The notes: generated by a model not told the origin, from the sequence alone. A stretch of DNA of 64,000 nt from Pseudomonadota bacterium (GCA_018668255.1 JABISZ010000073.1:35185-99184); one strand, 5' to 3'; shown: positions 51,617 to 61,948, counted from the stretch's first letter. Program-made: numbers and translations.

Positions 51617-53161
51617 TTGTCTATTAGGTTGTTACGTTCTGTCGCAGTAATTGGTCAAATGACATTTATATCTAGAGTGCTAGGCTATATCCGCGATGTT
51701 TTGATTGCCATATTTTTTGGTGCAGGCTTAACTACGGATGCATTTTTCATAGCATTTAAAATTCCTAATTTCTTTAGGCGAATTTTTGCCGAAGGGGCTT
51801 TTTCTCAGGCATTTATTCCCGTGCTGTCGGAAACTCGCGCTAAAAATGGTGAAGCCGCGGTCCGTGAATTAGTCGCAGCAATCAGTGGGATATTGATGCT
51901 TTTTGTATGGTGTGTAGTTGCGGTTGGCGTGATAGCCGCGCCTATTTTTGTCATGGTTTTTGCGCCGGGTTTTGTCGGTTCACCAGATAAATATGGTTTG
52001 ACGGTTGATTTGCTGCGCATTACCTTCCCGTATCTTGGCTTTATATCAGTATCGGCGTTGGCATGGGGGATACTGAACACCTATGGTAGATTTGCTATTC
52101 CTTCGTTTAGCCCGATACTTTTAAATTTGTCGATGATCGGCTCTATTCTGTACTTATCTCCCCAATTTAATACTCCGATTTTAGCACTTGCTATTGGTGT
52201 TTTTTCGGGAGGTGTTTTTCAATTTCTGCTGTCTTTCCTGGGAGTTAAAAGACTAGGATTCTCTTTGTGGCCACGTTTAAATTTACGCCACCCAGGTGTA
52301 AAGAAGCTTTTAAAATTGATTGGCCCTGCCGTATTTGGCGCTTCTATTGTGCAGATTAATCTGATGTTAGATATGACTCTTGCATCATTTCTGAACTCGG
52401 GAAGTATTTCTTGGCTCTATATGTCAAACCGCATAGTTGAATTCCCCTTAGGTATTTTTGGAGTCGCTTTGGCAACTGTGGTGCTTCCGAATTTAGCAAG
52501 AAAGTATGCGCAAAATGATCACGAGGGCTATTCGCTCATGATTGACTGGGCTCTCCGGTGGATTGTTTTTATCGGAGCTCCCGCTGCCTTAGCCTTAGCT
52601 CTTATTGCTGGTCCGGTCATAGGGACGCTCTTTGGTTATGGCGAAATGGACCAGCAAGACGTTTCAATGTGTGCTGCTAGCTTGTCGGCATACTCCTTCG
52701 GGTTGTTAGGCTTTATGGCAATAAAAATTTGCGGGCCAGGATATTATGCAAGACAAGATATGCGAACTCCCGTAAAAATAGGACTGGTAGCTATTGGTAT
52801 TAATTTAGTATTTAACTTAATGTTAATTATACCTTTCGGGCATGTTGGTCTTGCCCTAGCTACAGCGCTCGCAGCTAATGCAAACGCTTATCTTTTATGG
52901 CGGGGTTTATTTAAGAATAAAATCTATATCCCATCTAGAGGATGGCTTGGATTTTCCTTGCGAATTCTAGTATCTATTACTGTTATGGCCGTAGCTTTGT
53001 TCTTTGCTATGTCTCCCATAGACGATTGGGGCTCTTGGACTATTTTTAAAAGAATTTATGAGCTGTTGTTTTTGATAACATTGGGCACCGTGGTCTACTG
53101 TGGAGTGTTATGGTGTTCTGGCTTGAGGAAAGCCGATCTTCAGATGGGAAAAGCTATATGA
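51617..53161 (+). CDS. murJ: Lipid II flippase MurJ (MviN)
   Basis: Multi-TM protein. The MurJ N-terminus (SIRLLRSVAVIGQMTFISRVLGYIRD) begins at a TTG at 51617, preceded by AAGGA. The listed ORF starts at 51581. It is divergent from rpsT, as in Pseudomonas. Confidence 0.9.
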   Translation: MSIRLLRSVAVIGQMTFISRVLGYIRDVLIAIFFGAGLTTDAFFIAFKIPNFFRRIFAEGAFSQAFIPVLSETRAKNGEAAVRELVAAISGILMLFVWCVVAVGVIAAPIFVMVFAPGFVGSPDKYGLTVDLLRITFPYLGFISVSALAWGILNTYGRFAIPSFSPILLNLSMIGSILYLSPQFNTPILALAIGVFSGGVFQFLLSFLGVKRLGFSLWPRLNLRHPGVKKLLKLIGPAVFGASIVQINLMLDMTLASFLNSGSISWLYMSNRIVEFPLGIFGVALATVVLPNLARKYAQNDHEGYSLMIDWALRWIVFIGAPAALALALIAGPVIGTLFGYGEMDQQDVSMCAASLSAYSFGLLGFMAIKICGPGYYARQDMRTPVKIGLVAIGINLVFNLMLIIPFGHVGLALATALAANANAYLLWRGLFKNKIYIPSRGWLGFSLRILVSITVMAVALFFAMSPIDDWGSWTIFKRIYELLFLITLGTVVYCGVLWCSGLRKADLQMGKAI

Positions 53162-53176
53162 TAGTGCTGTACTGAT

Positions 53177-54112
53177 ATGAAAATTATTCGCGGATTACAT
53201 AACCTAACATCACAACATTTTGGCTGCGTGGCGACCATTGGCAATTTTGATGGTGTGCATTTAGGCCATGTCGAAATTTTAAAGCGACTAATTATTAAAT
53301 CCGCCCACTATAAAGTTCCAAGTGTTGTGATTCTCTTTGAGCCACAGCCTGCCGAGTTTTTTCGTTATGGTCGGATACCAGCTAGACTGTCTCGTCTCAG
53401 CGAAAAAGCTCAGTTAATTTTTGCATGCGGTGTTGATAAAGTCCTAGTGCTTCGTTTTTCCCGCGATCTGGCGAGTTATTCTCCGCGGCAATTTGTCGAA
53501 GAGATTTTAGTGAAAAGAATGGGAATAAAGTCATTGATCATTGGAGATGATTTTCGATTTGGGACTGACAGAGGAGGCGATTTTAGTTTGCTAACCAGTC
53601 TTGCTATCAAACATCAATTCTCTCTCGACCAAACTCCTCCTTTTCTATTTATAGGAAAACGCATTTCTAGCACTTATGTCCGTTACCTTCTTAAGCATGG
53701 ACACATGCGCGAAGCGGAAAGAATGCTAGGACACCCTTATTGTATAGAAGGTCATGTCGTTCATGGCCATAAGCAGGGGAGAGAGTGGGGGTTTCCAACT
53801 GCCAACCTGAATTTATACCGATTAACTTGTCCTATCTCAGGTATTTTTGCTGCTCTAGTTCATGGGCTTGGACCTAAGCCTTTGATGGGCGTCGCGTATG
53901 CTGGCTCAAGACCAATCCTTGATGATCCGAAATATGTTTTAGAGGTCCATATTTTTGACTTTGATGAAGACTGCTATGGTAAGAAAATAAGAGTGCAGTT
54001 TTGCGACAGGATTAGAGACGATATGGAGTTTCACTCTTTCTCCGCTATGGCTGAACAGATAAAAAAAGATTCTGCTGCCGCAAGAGCGAAGTTGACCTTT
54101 GACTATCCTTAA
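53177..54112 (+). CDS. ribF: Bifunctional riboflavin kinase / FMN adenylyltransferase
   Basis: 311 aa with the N-terminal FAD-synthetase motifs (GNFDGVHLGH) and a C-terminal riboflavin kinase domain. Confidence 0.93.
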   Translation: MKIIRGLHNLTSQHFGCVATIGNFDGVHLGHVEILKRLIIKSAHYKVPSVVILFEPQPAEFFRYGRIPARLSRLSEKAQLIFACGVDKVLVLRFSRDLASYSPRQFVEEILVKRMGIKSLIIGDDFRFGTDRGGDFSLLTSLAIKHQFSLDQTPPFLFIGKRISSTYVRYLLKHGHMREAERMLGHPYCIEGHVVHGHKQGREWGFPTANLNLYRLTCPISGIFAALVHGLGPKPLMGVAYAGSRPILDDPKYVLEVHIFDFDEDCYGKKIRVQFCDRIRDDMEFHSFSAMAEQIKKDSAAARAKLTFDYP

Positions 54113-54584
54113 GCAAACGCTCTTAAAGTGGGCAGCTCTAATTTTTGTGATTGTTACCCTAGACCAAGTGACTAAGTCCCTTGCAACATTTCATTTAGGC
54201 TATGGTGCTCCAGTTGCTGTTTTTCAAGGCCTAAATTTTACGCTTTTACATAATACTGGCGCGGCTTTTAGCTTTCTGCACGACCAAAATGGTTGGCAGC
54301 GCTGGTTTTTATCAATAGTGACTTTACTGATTAGCGGAGGGCTAGTGATTTGGTTCTATTCATTACGAGGGTCTCAAATCTGGATGCGCTGCGCTATTTG
54401 TTTTGTTCTCGCAGGGGCAATAGGGAACCTGTTTGATAGATTAGTGTTTGGTTATGTTATTGATTTTATACAACTATACTGGGAAAATTGGTACTGGCCA
54501 GCATTTAACGTAGCCGATATAAGTATCTGTGTTGGCGCTGTTATGGTGATTTTTAGTAATTCTGAGAATAAAAATGTTGCTTGA
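54099..54584 (+). CDS. lspA: Lipoprotein signal peptidase II
   Basis: 161 aa with four TM segments and the conserved LspA boxes (NTGAAFSF, FNVADISI). It overlaps ribF by 14 bp. Confidence 0.92.
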   Translation: MTILKQTLLKWAALIFVIVTLDQVTKSLATFHLGYGAPVAVFQGLNFTLLHNTGAAFSFLHDQNGWQRWFLSIVTLLISGGLVIWFYSLRGSQIWMRCAICFVLAGAIGNLFDRLVFGYVIDFIQLYWENWYWPAFNVADISICVGAVMVIFSNSENKNVA

Positions 54585-54667
54585 TCTATTTATTGGCTTT
54601 GAGCATCACGTTCAGAATGGGGGTATAATTATCCAGTCACAATTAAATGAGTGGATAATTAAGGAAA

Positions 54668-55639
54668 ATGCAGATTCATCTTGCAAATCCGCGCGGATTT
54701 TGCGCTGGAGTAGATAGGGCTATTGGAATCGTTGAAAGAGCAATTGAACTCTTTGGCGCGCCAGTCTATGTCCGTCATGAGGTGGTACATAATAAATATG
54801 TAGTTGATGGTTTGCGGGATAAAGGCGCAGTATTTGTTGACGAGCTAGATGAAGTTCCTGATGATGCGACTGTAATTTTCAGTGCTCATGGTGTTGCCAA
54901 GTTAGTAAGAGAAGAGGCTGCGAGAAGAAAATTACGCGTTTTCGATGCTATCTGCCCTCTTGTGACTAAGGTTCACATGGAAGTTGGATTTTACCAAAAT
55001 TTAGATCAAGAGTGTATTTTAATAGGTCATGCCGGACATCCCGAGGTTGAAGGAACGCTTGGCCAATATGTAAAGAAAGCGGACGGACGAGGTGGTATGT
55101 ATTTGGTTGAGTCGGTATCTGACGTGGAGACGCTAGAAGTTAAAAACCCTGAATTTTTGGCATTCGTCACTCAAACAACCTTGTCTATGGACGATACTGC
55201 TGAGGTTATAAATGCACTGAGGAAAAGATTTCCGGCGATTTCCGGGCCAAAAAAAGAAGACATTTGCTATGCGACCCAGAATCGACAAGATGGGGTCAAA
55301 CGTATGGTCAGTTATTGTGATTTAATTTTAGTGGTAGGCTCACAATCGAGTTCTAACTCCATGAGATTAAAAGAAATTGCTGAAAAGCAAGGTATTTCCG
55401 CTTTTCTCATTGATAGTGCGGATGAAATCCTTCCACAATGGCTGGAAGGGAAAAAAAGTGTCGGAGTTACAGCCGGAGCCTCTGCACCAGAGATTCTTGT
55501 AGAGCAGGTTGTCCAAACTCTGAGAGATAGGGGAGGCTTTGATGTCCAAGAGGTTCCAGGCATAAAAGAGCAGGTAGTTTTCAGCCTGCCACGTGAACTT
55601 ATAAAGGCAGGAGAAATAAAGCGAGAAACGTCGGCATAA
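54668..55639 (+). CDS. ispH: 4-hydroxy-3-methylbut-2-enyl diphosphate reductase IspH/LytB
   Basis: 323 aa beginning [19 protein letters not shown], with the three conserved Cys residues. Confidence 0.95.
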   Translation: MQIHLANPRGFCAGVDRAIGIVERAIELFGAPVYVRHEVVHNKYVVDGLRDKGAVFVDELDEVPDDATVIFSAHGVAKLVREEAARRKLRVFDAICPLVTKVHMEVGFYQNLDQECILIGHAGHPEVEGTLGQYVKKADGRGGMYLVESVSDVETLEVKNPEFLAFVTQTTLSMDDTAEVINALRKRFPAISGPKKEDICYATQNRQDGVKRMVSYCDLILVVGSQSSSNSMRLKEIAEKQGISAFLIDSADEILPQWLEGKKSVGVTAGASAPEILVEQVVQTLRDRGGFDVQEVPGIKEQVVFSLPRELIKAGEIKRETSA

Positions 55640-55695
55640 TTGTTCTATATGGCCGATCGAATCGAGATTCAAGCCGTATAACTTAGGGTGGCAGT

Positions 55696-55724
55696 CTAGA
55701 CAGAGTCTAAATTGACGCTATACT
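55696..55724 (+). promoter_or_regulatory. Putative sigma70 promoter (TAGACA-17-TATACT) overlapping a GTCTAGAC palindrome and an AGTCTA direct repeat
   Basis: -35 at 55696-55701, -10 at 55719-55724, spacing 17. This would put the TSS about 2-3 nt before the Fur-family ATG, i.e. a near-leaderless transcript. The perfect 8-bp palindrome GTCTAGAC covers the -35 and is a possible operator. Confidence 0.3.
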
Positions 55725-55733
55725 CATTACCCT

Positions 55734-56165
55734 ATGAATATAAAAAAAATAATGACACCTCCTGTTCGTCGAGAAGACGTCCCTGCTGCACTGGCATCCC
55801 TGGGTATAGCAGTGACTGCTCAGCGTATCGAAATCGGTGCGATTCTTCTCGAGTCGATGCAGCATCTTTCTGCTGAACAGGTTCAGGCTCGACTAGAGGC
55901 GGATGGAGCCTCGGCTTCTAAAGCTACTGTTTATAACACGCTTGGCCTCTTTGCAAAAAAAGGCTTAGTTCGAGAGCTGGTTATAGATGGTGCGAGAGTG
56001 TTTTACGACTCTAATCCATCTGATCATTTTCACTTCTACAATGTGGATGACGGGACGCTTTTTGATTTTCCCTCTTCACCCGTTACCCTGACCAATCTAC
56101 CGACACCTCCTGAAGGGACGAAGTTAGACAAGGTCGATGTGATTGTTCGTGTGACGACTAAGTAG
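55734..56165 (+). CDS. Fur-family transcriptional regulator (no C-terminal Cys4 site)
   Basis: 143 aa with a winged-helix TxQRxxIL...ATVYNTLGLFAKKGLV motif and a metal-site-like DHFHFY. It lacks the CxxC pairs of Fur and Zur. Confidence 0.6.
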   Translation: MNIKKIMTPPVRREDVPAALASLGIAVTAQRIEIGAILLESMQHLSAEQVQARLEADGASASKATVYNTLGLFAKKGLVRELVIDGARVFYDSNPSDHFHFYNVDDGTLFDFPSSPVTLTNLPTPPEGTKLDKVDVIVRVTTK

Positions 56166-56260
56166 GAAAGTCTTTCGTTGTTTCTTGAGATGGTAGATGC
56201 TGCTCAGTCTGGCTGATTTAGCCCCGCTTAGATAATCAGCAACTGTTGTCGTGTTGATTG

Positions 56261-57376
56261 TTAAAGGCTGTGTAACTCAGCTATTTCATCGATTAGCTGT
56301 TTGTGAAATTGGTTTACTCTTTCATTTGGTTGTTGGGCGATCATAAGCTCGAGGCTTGGATCTGCGACTTCTGTCATTTCATCTGATAACTTTTCTACTA
56401 CAGCCTGGACACAAAAAGGAACATGAGATTCGGCATAGCCTCCCTCATGTACGATGACTAATTTGCCGGCCGATAATGTGCCAGCTAAATCCATTGCTTT
56501 CTGCGTCAGCGCTCGGTAGGACTCACTATGTAAGAGCATACGACCAAGAGGGTCAACTCCGCCAGCATCATACCCTGATGCTACTATAATCAGATCTGGC
56601 TCATAGCGAGCTATAGCAGGCATGGCGACTTTTTCCATCGCATATTGGTAAGTGTCATGGCCACTACCCGGAGCTAAGGGAACATTGATATTATAACCCG
56701 ACCCTTTTCCTGCCCCAATATCTGTAGCTCCGCTATACCCGGGAGGGAAACAGCCTTCTTGATGCAGTGAAATTGTTAAGACGTCACTTCGATCATAAAA
56801 TATAGATTGCGTGCCATTACCGTGATGGACATCCCAATCTAACACGGCAACTCGTTCTAAAGAGTATTTATGTTTGGCGGCTTCGATTGCGATTGCGATG
56901 TTGTTTAGCAGACAAAATCCCATAGCCGTATCAGAGGAACAATGATGGCCTGGAGGCCGAGACATGGAGTAAGCATTCCTATAATTGCCACATAGGACAG
57001 AGTCAACTGCATGCATCGCCAAACCTGCAGATTGCTTAGCTATCTCAAAGCTGCCAGGGCCAAATGGGGCGAAAATCCCCAACTCTCCACCGCCTTTTTC
57101 AGACAGAGAACTAAAGCTTTCTAGATAACTTTTCGGATGCACTCTTAAAAGATCGGTTTGATCGGCCATAGGGGCACTACGTAGGTCTATTTTGTCGGCA
57201 AGGCCAGAAACTTGGAGTAATGATACAGCTCGTCTTTTTGACTCTGGCGATTCAGCCAAACCTGCAGAAGCCGGTGGTTGTACCCATTCTCCAACTGGGA
57301 GAATTAAAGAAAATAATCCTTGAGTACTATGCCAAAGGCAACGTTCATCGTGAAAGAAACCGGTAGATAACGCCAT
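56261..57376 (-). CDS. Histone deacetylase-family amidohydrolase (AcuC/acetylpolyamine amidohydrolase-like)
   Basis: 371 aa with the arginase/deacetylase fold, HHGNGTQ and Asp/His zinc ligands. Confidence 0.75.
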   Translation of the reverse strand: MALSTGFFHDERCLWHSTQGLFSLILPVGEWVQPPASAGLAESPESKRRAVSLLQVSGLADKIDLRSAPMADQTDLLRVHPKSYLESFSSLSEKGGGELGIFAPFGPGSFEIAKQSAGLAMHAVDSVLCGNYRNAYSMSRPPGHHCSSDTAMGFCLLNNIAIAIEAAKHKYSLERVAVLDWDVHHGNGTQSIFYDRSDVLTISLHQEGCFPPGYSGATDIGAGKGSGYNINVPLAPGSGHDTYQYAMEKVAMPAIARYEPDLIIVASGYDAGGVDPLGRMLLHSESYRALTQKAMDLAGTLSAGKLVIVHEGGYAESHVPFCVQAVVEKLSDEMTEVADPSLELMIAQQPNERVNQFHKQLIDEIAELHSL

Positions 57377-57527
57377 TGCAATTCATTCCTAGAGTGAAAA
57401 CGTTGCGTCAGCTTAAGAATTCCTTCTAGCAAAAGCAAATACATTGCTTGAAGCGAGAATAATTACTTTTGATTAAAATAGATAAATAAAAAATATTCCG
57501 ATCTGCGGACGTTCTGAGAGATACTAA

Positions 57528-58223
57528 ATGCGTCGACTTTCAATCTTGGCTAGAAGGACTAATATTATGATTGATCAATCAACATTTCTAGAATGCCGTT
57601 GTGGTAAATGTCGTCTAACTGTATGCGACCCCTTGATGCGGTATCGGCTTGAATGCTTGTGTTTTGATTGCCGACAGAGGCAGTTGATATCTGCCAGCAA
57701 ACACTCTGACAATAGGTTGCCAATTGATGTAGCAAACTACAATAGAGGTGTAGACGAGTACTATTTTGCAAATGGATTTTTGGTAGAGCAGTCCTCCCGA
57801 GAGCAGCTGATATTTTCAAAGCTGCGTGATGATGCATTTAATACTACTGCCATGTCAGCGTGTTGCGGGACCTTGATGTGCGGGACTCATCCTGTGTACG
57901 AAGGTGCTTCAGTTTCTGTCAATGCGGACAGCTGCCATGTAGGAACTTCTTTCGTTATGCCTACCCAAGTTATTCTTTTCGGCTGTGATTTCCCTCAAGA
58001 TAAATATGTTGAGATAAAAAAACGAGCCCAAGCTCCACTTTCTTTTTCGGTGTACGATGAACTTAATTCAGATCCAATGATTGATTTTCTTAAAGCTGTA
58101 ACCGAGCCTCTAGCTAAAGTTTATAAGCATTCCGGCTATGTTACTTTCGAGACACTAAGCGAGCAGGCTGAAATTCAGATAGATAATGCTTATTTTGACG
58201 AGAGTCGGTCAGGAAAAGATTAG
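57528..58223 (+). CDS. Cys-rich protein, possible GFA/CENP-V-family zinc protein
   Basis: 231 aa. CRCGKCRL, CLCFDCRQ and CCGTLMCG resemble the CxCG / CHCxxC / FCxxCG zinc-binding spacing of the GFA family. The real start may be an internal Met (MIDQSTF). Confidence 0.35.
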   Translation: MRRLSILARRTNIMIDQSTFLECRCGKCRLTVCDPLMRYRLECLCFDCRQRQLISASKHSDNRLPIDVANYNRGVDEYYFANGFLVEQSSREQLIFSKLRDDAFNTTAMSACCGTLMCGTHPVYEGASVSVNADSCHVGTSFVMPTQVILFGCDFPQDKYVEIKKRAQAPLSFSVYDELNSDPMIDFLKAVTEPLAKVYKHSGYVTFETLSEQAEIQIDNAYFDESRSGKD

Positions 58224-58282
58224 AGCATAGGATTAAGAGAGGCTGAAATAATTATTTCCGAGTCTAAAAGAGGTACTAGTTT

Positions 58283-58717
58283 ATGAATGAAATTCGAAAA
58301 GCAAAGCTGTCAGATCTTGAAGATGTTGTCAGGTTATTGGAGAGCTTCCCGGAAGATATCGAACTACCTGATATTGATTGGCAGGATGCGCGTCGCGCAT
58401 TTCCAGAGCTTGTGGAGGGTAAAAGAGGATTAATCTTTCTCTCTTTAGAAGATGGAAATCTGGCCGCCCTTCTCGCGATTTCTTTTTCTTATGTGCTACG
58501 TTTTGGAGGCGAGTATGCCTTGATAGAGGATTTAATTGTTGATGAGCGGTATCGAGGAAAAGGTCTTGCGAGCCCTCTCTTACAGGTTGGGTTTGAAGCA
58601 GCACGTGAACGAGGTTGCAAAGAAATACAGGTTAACGGTGCGTCTGAAGAAGGCCTCCCAGTTTATCTGAAAAATGGAGCACACTTGGCAGGCAAGCATC
58701 TCAAGTGTTTTCTTTAG
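58283..58717 (+). CDS. GNAT family N-acetyltransferase
   Basis: 144 aa with acetyl-CoA-binding motif A (VDERYRGKGLASPLLQ). Confidence 0.8.
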   Translation: MNEIRKAKLSDLEDVVRLLESFPEDIELPDIDWQDARRAFPELVEGKRGLIFLSLEDGNLAALLAISFSYVLRFGGEYALIEDLIVDERYRGKGLASPLLQVGFEAARERGCKEIQVNGASEEGLPVYLKNGAHLAGKHLKCFL

Positions 58718-58797
58718 ACATTCTATGGACAAAAGCGATTCTCGAAAACCATACCAAACATGTGACTGTCTCAAAGATGACTATAACTTAGACGTCG

Positions 58798-58983
58798 CTA
58801 TTCATCCTGCGTTGAGCTGAAGAACTCAACGATTTCGTTTCGGTATGCTGTGTATTGAATTTCGATAGGTTGGCAGCAGACTTCGCAATCTTCGACATAT
58901 TTTTGCTTTTCGGTGGTGCAGTCGAGTAGTGCTGATATTGGCTCGCCGCAGTAGCAACATTGAAAAAAGTGTTCCGTTATCAT
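58798..58983 (-). CDS. CPXCG-motif cysteine-rich small protein
   Basis: 61 aa, MITEHFFQCCYCGE...EDCEVCCQPIEIQ. This matches the roughly 60-aa CPXCG zinc-ribbon family consensus (MIEEHF.TCPYCGE...EDCEVCC.P). Confidence 0.7.
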   Translation of the reverse strand: MITEHFFQCCYCGEPISALLDCTTEKQKYVEDCEVCCQPIEIQYTAYRNEIVEFFSSTQDE

Positions 58984-58996
58984 TTATGAGACCAAT

Positions 58997-60334
58997 TTGG
59001 ATACAAGGGAAGCGACATTGAATTATTCTTATTATCGGTATTTAGCCTGGATAGTAACTATATTCTTGCACATTCCGTTTGTTTTTTCATTTGATGATTA
59101 TCAACTGAATGACTGGACTCTTCGACCTGCAGTGGAGCTTCGTTTTGGCTTGCAATATAGCGAGGGTATCAACTTTGGCTATGGTGCAATCGATGATAAA
59201 GACGAAAAGAATCGCAGCAGCGCTTCGATATCTCTAGAGCCAGAGCTACCTTTCACAAAAAATCTTTTCTCGGGAGAAATGTATGGAAAACTCTCGTTCG
59301 TAGGAGCGACTAATTTCCTAGATGGAGAGATATCTGGTCAGTTCGCCACGAGTGGAGACTCGAGAGTTGATGTTGATGAGGCACACGTTGGTTGGAGAAA
59401 TAGTCGCTTCGATATTTCTGTTGGCGCACAAGTTTTAGTATTTGGGGACGGACTAGTTATAGGAGATGGAAATTTTGATATAGGTTCTGAGCAAGGACAG
59501 TTCTGGCTTGGTGCTTTTGATGCGTGGAAAAATTCAGCTGTTGTAAGCGTTTATACAGACGATGTCGATATCGATGCCTTTTGGTTAAGGAGCGATGGGG
59601 GATTCGGTGATTCTCGGTTGTTTGGCATAAACCTAGACAATAAAGAAAGCATGTTTGGGCGCTATGGAGCAATGTATCTCAATATTTATCAGGGCGACAC
59701 TGCATCTTACGATGGTATTCAAGCCGTAAATCTAAGGGCTTTGGATGTGCCGCTACCTGGGTTGGAAGCGCTGAAGTTTTATAGCGAAGTGGTCTTACAG
59801 CTTGGGCGGGACAAAGATAATCGTAATATTAAAAACAAAGCTCTAGGTTGGTATTTAGAGGCTGATTACAGCGCTAACTGGTTGAAGTGGCCAACCGTTT
59901 TCGCCTATAGATATTCACGTTTTTCGGGAGATGAAATAGACACATTTTCCAATGAGTCCTATAGATCTCTTTTTTATGGGTTTTATGCTCGGGAGTGGGA
60001 TACTTTCTACCAAGGAGAGATCGCAGGAGAATATCATCTTTTTAATTCCAATCAAGAAACTCAGTTTTTTAAGGTTAGAACATTTCCTACCCAACAGTTT
60101 GCGATTACTTTCTATTATTTTGAACACGACTTAGACGAGCCGCACTACTTTGGTACACCGACATCAACGGTGGACTGGGCTGATGAGATAAATATTGGTG
60201 TGGAATATTTTGTGGGAGATAAAGTATATATATACACGGGGTTTGCTTGGTCGACGCCTAATCAAGCGGCTCGTGAGGTATTTCACGGAGATAACTTTTC
60301 GGTGCTTCAGACTTGGATGTCTTTCAATTTTTAA
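58997..60334 (+). CDS. Putative outer-membrane beta-barrel protein (alginate-export/porin-like)
   Basis: 445 aa with a hydrophobic N-terminal segment, alternating amphipathic beta-strand-like stretches rich in Gly/aromatic residues, and a C-terminal ...MSFNF ending in Phe. The start is ambiguous: a TTG at about 59018 is preceded by AAGGGAAG. Confidence 0.45.
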   Translation: MDTREATLNYSYYRYLAWIVTIFLHIPFVFSFDDYQLNDWTLRPAVELRFGLQYSEGINFGYGAIDDKDEKNRSSASISLEPELPFTKNLFSGEMYGKLSFVGATNFLDGEISGQFATSGDSRVDVDEAHVGWRNSRFDISVGAQVLVFGDGLVIGDGNFDIGSEQGQFWLGAFDAWKNSAVVSVYTDDVDIDAFWLRSDGGFGDSRLFGINLDNKESMFGRYGAMYLNIYQGDTASYDGIQAVNLRALDVPLPGLEALKFYSEVVLQLGRDKDNRNIKNKALGWYLEADYSANWLKWPTVFAYRYSRFSGDEIDTFSNESYRSLFYGFYAREWDTFYQGEIAGEYHLFNSNQETQFFKVRTFPTQQFAITFYYFEHDLDEPHYFGTPTSTVDWADEINIGVEYFVGDKVYIYTGFAWSTPNQAAREVFHGDNFSVLQTWMSFNF

Positions 60335-60587
60335 AAGAGAAAGTTGCATCTGTGTTGGAACAAATCGAATATTTTCTTTTTCTGAGTTCGCGTTTGTAAC
60401 CTGTGAGCGTCACTCTTAGGATAAAAGACTATCAATTTTTACAGCTGAACCTTATACTCCGACGCTTATTTAGGCCTTTCACACTGTATATATTTAAGAA
60501 TTATGATTTTTTCAGTCACGCTAGCGGCTCATGCTTGCACGATAAAATTCCCTACAAATCTAAGAGTTCTCTAACGCAAGGAAAATT

Positions 60588-61886
60588 ATGCCGTTTACCA
60601 AGTTGGGCTTAGCCCCCGAATTACTTCGTGCGATTGAAGCGGAAGGCTACATGAAGCCTACACCTATACAAACAGGTGCTATCCCCGTTGTGTTAGCAAA
60701 AAAAGACCTTTTGGCTGGAGCTCAGACTGGTACTGGGAAAACAGCTGCATTTGCTTTGCCCGTGCTGCAGATTTTAAGTCGGAAAGCTAAGCAAGTAGGA
60801 CATTCTGTTCGGGTGCCGAGTGCGCTTGTTCTTGCGCCAACCAGAGAGTTAGCGGCTCAAGTTTGCGATAGTTTCGTTTCTTATGGGAAGCACCTTTCTT
60901 TGAATAGTGTGCCGATTTTTGGCGGAGTTAGCATTAACCCTCAGATCAAACAATTTCGTAAAGGCGTTGATATCGTTGTTGCGACTCCTGGACGTTTACT
61001 GGATCACCTAAACCAAGGAACAGTGAACCTAAAGCATATTGAAATACTGATATTAGATGAAGCTGATAGAATGTTGGATATGGGTTTTATCCGCGATATA
61101 CGGAAAATCATGTCACGTTTACCTAAAAAACGACAGAATCTCTTGTTCTCCGCAACGTACACTGACGACGTAAGGAAGCTCGCAGATGATATTTTGAACA
61201 AACCGTCGATTGTTGAGGTCGCTCGCCGGAGCACCGCTGCTGAGAGTGTGATGCAAAAGGTTTACTACTGTGACAAGACAGCAAAAAAAGAGCTGCTCGC
61301 TGACTTAATAGAAGAAGGAGAGTGGTATCAAGTTCTAGTATTCGCCAGAACTAAGCACGGCTCAGATAGATTAGCCAAACAGCTTAGAGGATTTGGTATC
61401 GAAGCTGACGCGATTCACGGCAATAAGTCTCAAGGGGCGAGAACAAGGACACTGGGCGCATTTAAGAGCGGGGACTTACGTGTTCTGGTTGCAACCGATA
61501 TCGCGGCTAGGGGGATCGATATTGAAAACCTACCCTATGTTCTTAATTATGAGTTACCAAATGTTGCCGAAGATTATGTTCATCGCATCGGAAGAACAGG
61601 GCGTGCGGGAGAGGAAGGTGTTGCCATTTCGTTAGTCGCACCTGAAGAACGTAAGTCTCTTAAAGGGATAGAGAAATTATTGCAAAAGTCGTTAGAGGTG
61701 GAACAAACTCCGGCACACTACAATAGAGAACCGGCAATTCCGGAGAAGAAAAAACAATCAACTTCCCGATCCAGACGAAACCACTATAGAGGTTCAGAGA
61801 ACGGGGGAAAGCAACGCAATGGTAATACTGGAGCGCCGTCGAAAAACGGATATCGCGGCGGGCCTAGGAAATCGGGAAACCGCTAG
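60588..61886 (+). CDS. rhlE: ATP-dependent DEAD-box RNA helicase RhlE-like
   Basis: 432 aa with [12 protein letters not shown] ([13 protein letters not shown]), SAT and [10 protein letters not shown], plus a C-terminal Arg/Gly/Asn-rich tail. Confidence 0.88.
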   Translation: MPFTKLGLAPELLRAIEAEGYMKPTPIQTGAIPVVLAKKDLLAGAQTGTGKTAAFALPVLQILSRKAKQVGHSVRVPSALVLAPTRELAAQVCDSFVSYGKHLSLNSVPIFGGVSINPQIKQFRKGVDIVVATPGRLLDHLNQGTVNLKHIEILILDEADRMLDMGFIRDIRKIMSRLPKKRQNLLFSATYTDDVRKLADDILNKPSIVEVARRSTAAESVMQKVYYCDKTAKKELLADLIEEGEWYQVLVFARTKHGSDRLAKQLRGFGIEADAIHGNKSQGARTRTLGAFKSGDLRVLVATDIAARGIDIENLPYVLNYELPNVAEDYVHRIGRTGRAGEEGVAISLVAPEERKSLKGIEKLLQKSLEVEQTPAHYNREPAIPEKKKQSTSRSRRNHYRGSENGGKQRNGNTGAPSKNGYRGGPRKSGNR

Positions 61887-61948
61887 GAAAAGCCGGCATT
61901 TGGTCGGAAAACAGGGGCGAGGAGCCCGAGCCACGGAGGTGTTTAATT

